From an uncultured Gammaproteobacteria bacterium (GTDB lineage: Bacteria; Patescibacteriota; Microgenomatia; Levybacterales; GWA1-39-11): DNA of 64,000 nucleotides. Made by a program: the position numbers and the translations under genes. The notes beneath the pieces were generated by a model. That model did not search any database. It worked only from the letters and a program-made list of their open reading frames with translations, and was not told where the DNA came from. The DNA lies in assembly GCA_964651815.1 (NCBI GenBank), contig CAZYWG010000005.1, positions 27,053 through 91,052 on the forward strand, read 5' to 3'. Below are positions 50,679-60,267 of this stretch, piece by piece (within the stretch, counting starts at the first letter, position 1; each line of letters opens with the position of its first letter).

Positions 50679-51752
50679 CTAACTATTAACAATTTTTTCA
50701 ACCTCATCACAAAATCTATTGCATGCAAAGTCATTTGCACGTTTTTTCGCGGCAACGGACATGCTTTCCCAAATTTTATCTTCTGTTGCAAGTAGTCTTG
50801 TTTTATCTCCAAGTTCTTCCAAATTGTCCCACAAAAAGCCACTCACATTATCCTCTATTATCTCTTTCTGCCCGCCGGCATTAATCACAATAGGAACAAC
50901 CCCCGCTCCCATTGCTTCAACCGTTGAAATTCCAAAATGTTCTGCAGCCTCCGGGTGCTCCTCTAAATTCTCTCCAAATCCTGAAGCATGCCAGTAAATT
51001 TTTGCTTTTGAATAGTAATCCCATAGCTCATTATTTGTTTTGTTAATAGCAAATTCAATAGGTACACCTTTTGCGTTTTTTTTGAATTCACCAAATTCAT
51101 TTTCATCTTCTTCCCTGACGCTTACGGCAAGTACAAATTTCCAATTCTTAAAATGTTTCGACATTTTTTTAAACGCGTCAATCATAACACCTTGCTTTTT
51201 ATAATCTTTAACCCCTCCTATGGTTGCATCAACTACTCTAAACCTTCCTACATGAAGAATGATATTTTCTTTTTTAATGTGTTTTGGATGAAGCTCAACG
51301 GGAGGATACAAAACTAAACCATCCACGCCCAGCTGACGATCGATGTAACTTTTTGTATAGTAAGAATTATAGAAAATTTTATTCACTCGCGAAAGCTTAA
51401 CTTTATTTTTTAATCCACCCCCTGCGCCTTCTATTGGTCTCTGGATGTGAAGAAATAATTTTTTGGATAAAGAAAGCGGGATACTACCGTCGGAAAGAAC
51501 TATTATTACGTCGAATTTTCTGGTTTCCAAAACTCTTTTTAAAAAACTTACAGAAGGTCCAAAAACATTTGCACCGAGCTTCACTTTTGAAAGATTCAAA
51601 GAAAATCTGGTTGCTACATTTTCAAAATCCTCGCGAGTGTTCCAGAATACGGTTACATCATGATTTGAAGATAAACATGAAGCAATTGTAAGCATGTATT
51701 TTTCTCCCCCGCCGCAATCATCAAGATAAGGGTCGTAGATTCCAATTTTCAT
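50679..51752 (-). CDS. Glycosyltransferase family 4
   Basis: GGGEKY, YPPV, VGRF, EHFGISTVEAMGAG. Confidence 0.9.
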   Translation of the reverse strand: MKIGIYDPYLDDCGGGEKYMLTIASCLSSNHDVTVFWNTREDFENVATRFSLNLSKVKLGANVFGPSVSFLKRVLETRKFDVIIVLSDGSIPLSLSKKLFLHIQRPIEGAGGGLKNKVKLSRVNKIFYNSYYTKSYIDRQLGVDGLVLYPPVELHPKHIKKENIILHVGRFRVVDATIGGVKDYKKQGVMIDAFKKMSKHFKNWKFVLAVSVREEDENEFGEFKKNAKGVPIEFAINKTNNELWDYYSKAKIYWHASGFGENLEEHPEAAEHFGISTVEAMGAGVVPIVINAGGQKEIIEDNVSGFLWDNLEELGDKTRLLATEDKIWESMSVAAKKRANDFACNRFCDEVEKIVNS

Positions 51753-51854
51753 CTTATATTTTTAAATTTAGCCTAGATTTCAAAATGTTAATGTCTGGAT
51801 TAATCCAAATCGTTTGTATAAACATTCGCACCGTATGTTTTATTTTATCAGCTA

Positions 51855-51883
51855 TTGATTCTCTTTAAAAGCTATGCTACATT
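51855..51883 (+). promoter_or_regulatory. Sigma70-type promoter, probable leaderless transcript
   Basis: TTGATT-N17-TACATT with TG extension, 6 nt before ATG 51890. Confidence 0.6.
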
Positions 51884-51889
51884 ATTTAT

Positions 51890-52123
51890 ATGGATCCGCA
51901 AGTTCTTAATTCACCGTATTTGTTGCTGGTTCTTTTTGTTTGGTCTCTTTTTTGGAGTGGAATAGCACTTTGGAGAGCGGCAAATTTAAAGCAAAGAAAT
52001 TGGTTTATTGCTCTACTCGTACTACATACCGTTGGAATATTAGAAATAATTTATCTCTTTCGCTTTGCTAAAAAGAAAATGACTCTTGCTGAAATGCGCT
52101 CCTGGCTCCCAAATAGTAAATAG
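51890..52123 (+). CDS. Small two-TM membrane protein, DUF5652-like
   Basis: WSLFWSGIALWRAA..QRNWFIALLVLHTVGILEIIYL signature. Confidence 0.75.
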   Translation: MDPQVLNSPYLLLVLFVWSLFWSGIALWRAANLKQRNWFIALLVLHTVGILEIIYLFRFAKKKMTLAEMRSWLPNSK

Positions 52124-52157
52124 GAACTCAAAGAAAACACTGAAAATTTGTTTACAG

Positions 52158-52186
52158 TTGATTGGGATGTTGCCCTTTGTTAGAAT
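52158..52186 (+). promoter_or_regulatory. Sigma70-type promoter, probable leaderless transcript
   Basis: TTGATT-N17-TAGAAT with TG extension, 7 nt before ATG 52194. Confidence 0.6.
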
Positions 52187-52193
52187 TCGAATA

Positions 52194-52526
52194 ATGTCAT
52201 TCCACGAGAATATTCGACTCTCGAGAGAAATCGAAAGAGATATTGAAAAAGATAGATAAACTGACGCTTCATACAAAGACCAATTGATACGTGTGGAAGA
52301 AAAACTTGCAAACAATCCTGACTTAACAGTAGGTCAAAGATATAGACTCGAATGGAATTTTTGGGCTTTGAGACACCAATTGACGTTTGGACGAATGCGT
52401 AAAACAGGTGGAATAAAATTACCTGAATATCTTAAATCAACAAATCCTAATAATCCGCACTATGAACCGGTCGAAGAAACCTATCACAGATTAAGAGCAG
52501 CAATTAGGCCCTACTCTCAAACCTAA
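52194..52526 (+). pseudogene. Hypothetical 110-codon gene interrupted by an in-frame TAA
   Basis: ATG 52194 reads MSFHENIRLSREIERDIEKDR, TAA at 52257-52259, then the same frame continues TDASYKDQ into ORF 52284..52526. Confidence 0.6.
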
Positions 52527-52527
52527 G

Positions 52528-53283
52528 CTATCTGTTTGAGCGCTGTTTTTCCCACAGCTTTGCGTAGGTTATAAATAGTGAAAATGCTTGGTAAATTCCT
52601 TCTATCACGCCTGTAGTTCCATTCTTCCACCCTCCCTGGCCAAAATATGACCCAATAAACTCTGTAATCATGACTCTTGGAAAACGCCACAGGCTCATCT
52701 TAGGATGAGATGATTTTAACCGTAAGTCAGATTCATACTCAGACCACTCATTAGTTTTTGCAACCATTTGCTCTAAATTACGGTGAGTATAATGTAAGAT
52801 AGGCTCTTTTATTGTTGCTAGTCTCCCTTGGACAATTGGTGATTCGTGTACAACGCCCCGCCACTCTTTTAATTTAGACTTTTTAAAAACGCGCCCCACA
52901 CGATCAGCAAAATTCCAATCCTTTCCGTAAAAAAAAGTTTTGCGACGAACCCAAAACCCAACTACTTCAGGATTCTCCCGGGTGTTTTGAATTTTGAGTT
53001 TTAATTCGTGTATAAACTCATTTGTAGCGCGTTCATCGGAATCAATGTAAAAAATCCATTCGTTTTTTGCAACTGACGCAGCCAAATTTCTTTGGTCTGC
53101 AAAATTTCTGAATGTATTCTTGACAATATTTGCTCCTAATTTTTCTGCAATTTCTGGCGTCGAGTCTGTAGAATCATCAATAACAATTATTTCGTCTGCA
53201 AAACTCTTGACAGATTTTATAGCGTCTCCAATTACATCCTCTTCGTTTTTTGAAATTATGAGTACTGAGATTTTTTCTTCCAT
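52528..53283 (-). CDS. GT2, WaaE/KdtX-like beta-glycosyltransferase
   Basis: SKNEED, FADQRN, IDSDE, VHESP, YAKLWE. Confidence 0.88.
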   Translation of the reverse strand: MEEKISVLIISKNEEDVIGDAIKSVKSFADEIIVIDDSTDSTPEIAEKLGANIVKNTFRNFADQRNLAASVAKNEWIFYIDSDERATNEFIHELKLKIQNTRENPEVVGFWVRRKTFFYGKDWNFADRVGRVFKKSKLKEWRGVVHESPIVQGRLATIKEPILHYTHRNLEQMVAKTNEWSEYESDLRLKSSHPKMSLWRFPRVMITEFIGSYFGQGGWKNGTTGVIEGIYQAFSLFITYAKLWEKQRSNR

Positions 53284-55592
53284 AAATACATTGCAACACT
53301 TACAGTTCCTAGAGCACCTAAAACTGCGAGGGTTAATCCAATTTTAAAGCTTGAAGGATAATAAGTAAATGTTATGAGGTGCTGACCTTCTGGAACTATT
53401 ACTCCTCTAAACGTATAATCAGCTCTGTAAATTTTTGTCGGTTTGCCGTCCACAAAAGCTTCCCACCCTGAATAAAAAGGGTCAGTTAAAACAAGAAGGG
53501 CCCGATTCTTAGTGGTTGTTTGAATGCTAACCCTGTTAGATTCATAAGACTTTATCACTGCATCACCCAGCATATCATTTGATAGAGGAACAATAGGGTT
53601 ATCTTCCAGAACTGCTGTTTTACTTAAATCTAAATCTTTCAGAAATATAGTTTGCAAAATTTCCCTGGTATCCGTAATCTTTTTGTAATTTGAAACTACA
53701 AAAGCACGTTTAAATGCCTTGTTGTTAGTCAAGATTTGATATTTATCATCAGCATATGTCAGTTGGAATTGATCAACCGGATAAGTCCAAAATGGAAAAG
53801 CCCAGATAGCGCGTCCGTCTGCAACTTTGTGAATTATGTATTTTACTCCGAGAAAATTTATAATTCGTCCTGTGTAGACAGCATTTTTTGAGAGGTTAAC
53901 AACAGATCTTTCCGGCGTATGATATTCCCCATCCGGTGCTGCATTGATAAATTCACCATATCTACCAATATACAATGGGTCATATCCTTCTAATCCTCCA
54001 ATTCTAAGTGTAAGTGCTAATTCCTGGCCAAAAGAGCCAAATGCTCTATCATAACTATTTGACCCTGAGATAACCTTTTGAATTGGAACATCTGGATATA
54101 CTAAATTCTTTGGGTCAAAAGGTTGCCACTTTGCAGCAAATCTATAACTATCAAATGCACATATCAAAATTATTAGGACACCGAAAATGGTGATTATTTT
54201 TTTACTCTTTCCAAGTCTTGATAGAATAAATCCAATTAGGAACATTCCAAAGAAAACTGTGGGAAGTTTTAAGTTTGAAAGTGCTGTTGGAATTTGTTCT
54301 ACCGGTATAAAAAGTTTCAGCAAGATTGTTGTCCAAAGTACACCAAAAGTTAATAAAAATGCTGTGCACAAGATTGTAGTTTTGTTAAATTTTTTGTTTT
54401 TAACATCAGACATTAAATTTTCATATCCAAATGCTGCAAGCACAGCAGCTGAAAAACTAAAAATGACGATAACACGACTTGCAGCGCTAGTGGAAAGTAC
54501 TGGAACCCGGGCAGCTACTAATAAGTCCAGAAGAGGTGTTTGAAAAGCAAGTAAAATGGAAATGATAGAACCTAAAGCAAAAAAGATCACGTAAGGATTT
54601 TTTTTCCTAAAACTATTGAAAGCCAGAATTAAAGGGATTAAACCAATGTATGAATTCCACTCTGCGTAATGCCCAAACCAAGCATTACGTGTCACAGGAT
54701 TACCAAATATGTCGGGAGCGAGTAACGTAGGGAAATAGGTCCAGGGAATCACCTCCGTTTTCATAAATAATTGACTTCTGACTGATTGAGCGTATAGCTC
54801 TATTGATGGAAGAAGCTGCGGCGCACAAATTAACAAACCAGTACAAATTGAAATAACGCTTAATAAAGACTGCTCAATTTTTCTTGTCGTCGCGAACTTG
54901 AATAATATATAAGCAGTTGTAAATAACAAAAAGTATAGACTCGTTTGAAAATGGCCTGAAAAAAATGATAATGGAATTGAAGAAGTTAATAATACTGTAA
55001 AATACCATTTTTTTGTTTCATAAAAACGTTCTATAGCAAAAAGTGCGAGCGGTAAATATAAAATTGCATATACCAATGTCCCGTAAGCCATCCAAGTTGT
55101 TATAAATCCACAAAACATAAAAGAAATTGCTGATACTAAACTCGCAACATTTGAAAGCTTTAATGATCTGACAAATAAATAGGTAAAAATACCTGCAAGA
55201 AGCGGCTGAAATAAAATTTGAATACTCCACGCATTAACGAATGGCAAAATAAAATAAATGAAATTAAATGGAGATAGTGCGGCGGACTGATAATTAGCAA
55301 GAAGTGGTGTCCCAGAAAAACTATATTGATTCCACAAAGGGATAGAACCACTTTTCCAAATATCTATTACTAATTTTTTCCAAGGGTAAATTTGACCAAT
55401 TACATCAGGTGTAGCTGTATTTTTTACAAGTCCAGAGAAACTAACATATTCGTTCCAGGGTCCAAAATTTGTGGCAAGATATGTAGAAGGAAATGGAATT
55501 TTTCCGGAAATAAAATAAGGGCTTGAGAAAACAAACCAAATCAAAACAATAACAGCAATAGGCCAGATCTTATTTATTTTTAACATCGACAT
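53256..55592 (-). CDS. YfhO family membrane glycosyltransferase-like protein
   Basis: DVIGQIYPWK, WNQYSFSGTPLLAN, GHFQ, GYDPLY, FYSGW, YTFRG, terminal TM; paralog of 48384..50675. Confidence 0.85.
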   Translation of the reverse strand: MSMLKINKIWPIAVIVLIWFVFSSPYFISGKIPFPSTYLATNFGPWNEYVSFSGLVKNTATPDVIGQIYPWKKLVIDIWKSGSIPLWNQYSFSGTPLLANYQSAALSPFNFIYFILPFVNAWSIQILFQPLLAGIFTYLFVRSLKLSNVASLVSAISFMFCGFITTWMAYGTLVYAILYLPLALFAIERFYETKKWYFTVLLTSSIPLSFFSGHFQTSLYFLLFTTAYILFKFATTRKIEQSLLSVISICTGLLICAPQLLPSIELYAQSVRSQLFMKTEVIPWTYFPTLLAPDIFGNPVTRNAWFGHYAEWNSYIGLIPLILAFNSFRKKNPYVIFFALGSIISILLAFQTPLLDLLVAARVPVLSTSAASRVIVIFSFSAAVLAAFGYENLMSDVKNKKFNKTTILCTAFLLTFGVLWTTILLKLFIPVEQIPTALSNLKLPTVFFGMFLIGFILSRLGKSKKIITIFGVLIILICAFDSYRFAAKWQPFDPKNLVYPDVPIQKVISGSNSYDRAFGSFGQELALTLRIGGLEGYDPLYIGRYGEFINAAPDGEYHTPERSVVNLSKNAVYTGRIINFLGVKYIIHKVADGRAIWAFPFWTYPVDQFQLTYADDKYQILTNNKAFKRAFVVSNYKKITDTREILQTIFLKDLDLSKTAVLEDNPIVPLSNDMLGDAVIKSYESNRVSIQTTTKNRALLVLTDPFYSGWEAFVDGKPTKIYRADYTFRGVIVPEGQHLITFTYYPSSFKIGLTLAVLGALGTVSVAMYLWKKKSQYS

Positions 55593-56739
55593 GAAAAACG
55601 TTTAATATTTTTAGTATTGCAGATGTTGCAAGAATATACAAAAAAGGCAAAAGAGGCAAAAAATATCTGACTGATGTATATCCTACTGAAAGCATTAAAC
55701 TGTAAACTACAATCCACAAAAGCATTAAAATCTCCGGCGATACCATCTTCGTTCTCTTTAGGTAGGTAACAAACAACGCTACTATAATTAGAACTACAGA
55801 TAATGGCCAAATTATGTTCCAATTTACGTCATGCAAAATTGCCCTTGTCCCCCACCAAGTATGCCAATTATTAAAAAGTAACAAATCCCAAAAAGAAAGC
55901 GGATTAGTAATGGCAGACTTGTGGTAAAGAAGAATATATTTTTGTACACCCAATATCTTTATCAAAGAATATCCGTTGATAATAGTAACCGTATAAGATA
56001 AGAACAATATGATAAGTGAAAGTGGTTGCAACAGAAGAAATGTAATAAACTTTTTACTAAAGTCACGTCTAAATATAAAAAACAGAATCATAGAGATAAG
56101 CATAAAAACTCCAGTGATAAAAAATCGAATACTAATTACAAATCCAATCCCCAAGGCAACAAGCACAAACCATCTTATATAATTTTTACTGTCGACTCCT
56201 TTTAAAAAGAAATAAAATGTGAACAATATAAAAGGGAGTTGTGCAACTTCTCCAAGTGGCGTGGTAGATAATTTTTCAATCATTAAAGGCTCATTTAAAA
56301 AAATCGCCAATGGAATTAAAGCAAATGCATTCTTATTAAGTAGGAATTTTCCCAGTAAAAAAACTGCACATCCGGAAGCAAAAAAAAGAGGAATAGTAAA
56401 CGTATTTTCATTATCAAAAAGTAAAATTGAAAGTGAAACAATATATCTTCCTAAAGGTGGATGATCATGAACAATTAGTATTGGGCTGAGACCCCTTAAA
56501 AAGATTCCTCCTGCAAAAGCTTCGAACGTTTCATCGGGAATAATAACTGGGTTTTTCTTTTTTGCATATTGGGATGAATAATATAAGCTTTTGAGAGCAG
56601 GATATTCTTTAGCATAATGTCTTGAAAAAAATTTGTCTCTATTTTTGTAAATTGTGTTTATCGGGTTAATTAAGATTAAAAGAAGAAAAATTAGTGCAAA
56701 CAACTTATTTGATAATATCTTGTTAATTTTTAGTAACAT
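55570..56739 (-). CDS. GT-C glycosyltransferase (PMT-like)
   Basis: IPDE, DHPPLGRY (cf. PMT HPPL), multi-TM, RYFLPLLP. Confidence 0.7.
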   Translation of the reverse strand: MLLKINKILSNKLFALIFLLLILINPINTIYKNRDKFFSRHYAKEYPALKSLYYSSQYAKKKNPVIIPDETFEAFAGGIFLRGLSPILIVHDHPPLGRYIVSLSILLFDNENTFTIPLFFASGCAVFLLGKFLLNKNAFALIPLAIFLNEPLMIEKLSTTPLGEVAQLPFILFTFYFFLKGVDSKNYIRWFVLVALGIGFVISIRFFITGVFMLISMILFFIFRRDFSKKFITFLLLQPLSLIILFLSYTVTIINGYSLIKILGVQKYILLYHKSAITNPLSFWDLLLFNNWHTWWGTRAILHDVNWNIIWPLSVVLIIVALFVTYLKRTKMVSPEILMLLWIVVYSLMLSVGYTSVRYFLPLLPFLYILATSAILKILNVFHVDVKNK

Positions 56740-58405
56740 AAAGTCTTTTTGGAAAAATTAAAAGTCCAATTATTATAAAAGCCGATACAATAGAAATTAA
56801 TTCCGACAAAATCCTAATTTTTGTATCCTTAAATATAACGTCAACTGTGTGGTTTCCCGAAGTTATAAAATAAGTAATCAAACCACGATTTGCAGGATCT
56901 TGAAACTGAACCTGATCATCTTTAACACCATCAATATAAACTGTCCAATTGGGAAAATATAAAGTGTTCTCACGAATTTCACTATTGGTAGATGCAATTA
57001 TTCGATATTTATGGTGTGTTGAATTTCTTGAAGTCAGATCAATTTTAGCCTGTCCTCCAATTACTTCTGCCTGTGCCGCGGGTTTTTTCTCCATGAATCT
57101 GACTGACCAAATCGGTGCACTTTCCCCAGTATCAGTCGTGCCATTATAAACTCCCGAATAAAAAGATTCAGGTTTTATAATATATCCGATTGGTTGCCAG
57201 TAATTCCATTGAAAGATAAGAATGAAGAGCATGGAAAATAAAAGAAGAATGAATTGATTTTTTTTACTAGTTTTATTAACAACTATGGCTCCCATAACTG
57301 CTGCGGCAAAAATGGCAGTTGCAAGAAATCTCCATGGGAATTGAAATTTTTCAAGAATGCTAAAAGTTTTCCAAACAAAAGTTGAAATGGAAAGCATAAT
57401 AAAAACGCTCCCTAAAAAGTACAGAATAACACTTAAGTATAATATTAGACTTGTCTTTTCTTTATTGAAACGCTTGTAAGCAGTAGCCAAAAATGCCAAG
57501 ACTGCAATCCATTGTAAAAGTCCTAATTGGACAGAAAAACTTCCTGACAATCCATAAATCCAAGACCCATAAAACAAATCTTTTATCTGGACAAAATGGT
57601 AAAACGCCTCATCTTTTGTCACTATATCTCTCAATGTGTATTTACCTTCTAAAAGCGCCGGAACCCAAAAAAAAGCAGCTAAACCAAATCCTAAAATTAA
57701 CGCACTCATAAATTGATACGCAAGGATTTTTCTGTTTTTAGAATTGTAGATTAAATAAACGCCATACAAAGTTATAAATGGTAAAAACATAAGACTCATA
57801 GCGTTATGCGCTAAGATAAGAGCGCAAATTGAAACCGATATTCCGGCAAAATATGCAGAATTAATTTGCTTAAGTCTTGTCACAGATTCAGCGTTATTTG
57901 AACTCTTAAGCATGAAAAATAAAATTAGCGGAGGGAAAATAAAAGCTACTTGTTCTCCAATATCTCCCCTAATATAAAAGTCCACAAATCTATATGGTGC
58001 AAAATTATAAAGAACTGAGCCTATTGTTGCTGCAGTTTCCCCTAAAAATTCATTCAGCCAAAGATACATCGTGATTCCACTTAGAATGAATGCCATACCC
58101 ATAACTAATTTGAATGAATCAACAAAGGAAAATCCCAAAAAATGAAATAATGAAGAAACATAAGAAGGTAAAGGGTAAAGAAACGTTAAAATAGGATGTC
58201 CGTATCCCCAATTTAAATTTCCTGCCCATCGAGGAATAATATTACCCTCTGAAAGTGACAAATAAAAATTAGCTATTCTGGCAACATGATCCTGCCCGTC
58301 GTGGGTGAGTGGAAGACCTGTGTGAAACAGAGGAACAACAGGAATAAAACTGAGAACCAGAATTATAATAATGCCAAAATGCTTTTTAAATAATTTCTCC
58401 AACAT
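56723..58405 (-). CDS. 'PTPS-related' membrane protein, GT-C/YfhO-like
   Basis: THDGQDHVAR, PRWAGNLNWGYG, RGDIGE, FWVPA, QFPWRF, YFPNW. Confidence 0.8.
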   Translation of the reverse strand: MLEKLFKKHFGIIIILVLSFIPVVPLFHTGLPLTHDGQDHVARIANFYLSLSEGNIIPRWAGNLNWGYGHPILTFLYPLPSYVSSLFHFLGFSFVDSFKLVMGMAFILSGITMYLWLNEFLGETAATIGSVLYNFAPYRFVDFYIRGDIGEQVAFIFPPLILFFMLKSSNNAESVTRLKQINSAYFAGISVSICALILAHNAMSLMFLPFITLYGVYLIYNSKNRKILAYQFMSALILGFGLAAFFWVPALLEGKYTLRDIVTKDEAFYHFVQIKDLFYGSWIYGLSGSFSVQLGLLQWIAVLAFLATAYKRFNKEKTSLILYLSVILYFLGSVFIMLSISTFVWKTFSILEKFQFPWRFLATAIFAAAVMGAIVVNKTSKKNQFILLLFSMLFILIFQWNYWQPIGYIIKPESFYSGVYNGTTDTGESAPIWSVRFMEKKPAAQAEVIGGQAKIDLTSRNSTHHKYRIIASTNSEIRENTLYFPNWTVYIDGVKDDQVQFQDPANRGLITYFITSGNHTVDVIFKDTKIRILSELISIVSAFIIIGLLIFPKRLYVTKN

Positions 58406-58423
58406 ATTGTCAACTCAAGTATT

Positions 58424-59335
58424 CTAGATCGAAAAACTTCCACGGCCAAATCTACGTAAATAATAATCACGAACTCCTTTTTTTTGCCATGGCCTTCCGG
58501 AAGCAAGAATCTTAAAACTTTCACGAATTAACGCTACCTTAGTTCTTATAGGTGCATAGCGTTCGCCAAATAATAGTCGATTTCGTGTGATGTAATAATC
58601 CTGAAGGATCGAACCGCTTCCGGATGATCCGGCGTTTATATGCCACATAACAGCTTTTGGTTCATAAAGAATTTTGTATCCTGCTTTTTTAATTCTTTGA
58701 GTCAAATCCGCATCCTCATAATACAGAAAGAATTTGTCATCAAAAAGCCCAATTTTATTTAAAACTTCTGTTTTTATCAAAAAACAACAACCCGTTGCTA
58801 AATCAGTCTCTTTTTTTACGTCGAATTGCCCTTGATCCACTTCGTCAACTCCAATATTGTGTCCTATCAAATTGTCCCAATCCATTTCTCCACCCGCATA
58901 CCAAATGACCTTCCCAAGATCCGAATTTTTATATCTATCTTTATGAAATTCAAAACCTTTAGCAAAATATATTTTAGGCAAAACCCCTCCAACATTTTCA
59001 CCATTTGCCGCTCCTACTAAATTCCCAATCAAATTTTCACTAACTTCTGTATCGTTATTGAGAAGCATTACAAAATCCGCATCGTGGTTAATTCCATATC
59101 TCATACCCTCATTACATCCTCCGGTGAATCCTAAGTTCTTCTCATTTTCAATAAATATTACATACGGGAATTTCTTTTTTATAATATCTAGATACCCATC
59201 ATTTGAAGCATTATCTACAACTACAATTTCTATCTTTATCTCTTTTGTTTTTTTATTTTTAGCAAGCGACTCAAGACAAGCAACTGTTTTCTCTCCACCT
59301 TTGTAATTCAAGATTACTACGTAAACGCTTTTCAT
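58424..59335 (-). CDS. Glycosyltransferase family 2
   Basis: VDNASND, NLGFTGGCN, LLNND, TGCC, YYEDAD, YYITRNR. Confidence 0.9.
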   Translation of the reverse strand: MKSVYVVILNYKGGEKTVACLESLAKNKKTKEIKIEIVVVDNASNDGYLDIIKKKFPYVIFIENEKNLGFTGGCNEGMRYGINHDADFVMLLNNDTEVSENLIGNLVGAANGENVGGVLPKIYFAKGFEFHKDRYKNSDLGKVIWYAGGEMDWDNLIGHNIGVDEVDQGQFDVKKETDLATGCCFLIKTEVLNKIGLFDDKFFLYYEDADLTQRIKKAGYKILYEPKAVMWHINAGSSGSGSILQDYYITRNRLLFGERYAPIRTKVALIRESFKILASGRPWQKKGVRDYYLRRFGRGSFSI

Positions 59336-60267
59336 TTTTTGATTTTTGAGGAAGATATTTTTCTTGCAGTTTTTAAAAGTATTTTTTTAAAGGGGTTTTT
59401 TGCGTTATCAATTAAATTTGAGGTAGCCCAATATTTTACCTTTTCTCCCGAGTTTTTTAACTCCTCTTTAACATTTTTCAAGAAAGTTGGTTCGTTAACC
59501 TCTATAAACTTATTTTTCTCCCAAAGTTTGGCAAAAACAACCTCCATATAAAATGCTTGCAGTATTGAAAGAACCAAACCATGTAAACCGTCTCTGAATC
59601 CTTTTTGTAAAAAAAATGTTTTAACAAAATCGTCAACTGGAAATCGGATAGCATCTAAAAAATTGAAATTGTAATCTTTCACAAGATTTTCTGCTTCAAT
59701 ATCAGTATAGTTATTTAGTTTTTTTATGTATTGTGAAATTGAATTGTAATTATTATGTAAAATTGGACTTTCAATTTTTATTGTTTCACCATTTACAGTT
59801 AATGCGTGATGGACCTCGTTTTTTTCAAACTTCCCTTTTCCGCGGCGAAAAAATTTCAACTGATAATCTGGCCACCACATATCACTCTGAATCCATTTAC
59901 CGAATATTATATTTTTGCGTGGAACCCATATACCGCTAACATTATTATTTGTGTCGTCGATTGTTCTTTTTATTTCGTCAGCGAGTTCTTCAGAAATTTG
60001 TTCATCTGCATCCAAGCTTAAAATCCAATCGCCTGAGGCTTTTGAAAAACCAAAATTTTTTTGTAAGTCTATTTCCTGTGGATTATTTTTTTGAGAATAT
60101 ATTTTTTTAGTATATTTTTTGGCAAAATCAAGCGTTTTATCGGAAGATTCATGATCTATAACAATAATCTCATCTGCCAAATTTTCAACAGAAGTAAGGC
60201 AAGAATCAATGTTTTCTTCCTCATTATACGCAGACACAACCACAGATAAAGTGTTTTTTTTGCTCAT
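59332..60267 (-). CDS. GT2, WaaE/KdtX-like beta-glycosyltransferase
   Basis: AYNEEEN, QKNFG, LDADE, WPDYQ, GFRDGLHG, AKLWE. Confidence 0.88.
   Translation of the reverse strand: MSKKNTLSVVVSAYNEEENIDSCLTSVENLADEIIVIDHESSDKTLDFAKKYTKKIYSQKNNPQEIDLQKNFGFSKASGDWILSLDADEQISEELADEIKRTIDDTNNNVSGIWVPRKNIIFGKWIQSDMWWPDYQLKFFRRGKGKFEKNEVHHALTVNGETIKIESPILHNNYNSISQYIKKLNNYTDIEAENLVKDYNFNFLDAIRFPVDDFVKTFFLQKGFRDGLHGLVLSILQAFYMEVVFAKLWEKNKFIEVNEPTFLKNVKEELKNSGEKVKYWATSNLIDNAKNPFKKILLKTARKISSSKIKK

Noticed and set aside
55570-56739. Similar N-termini (LKINKI) in adjacent genes
   Set aside because: Short, low-complexity Lys/Ile/Asn sequence, plausible by chance
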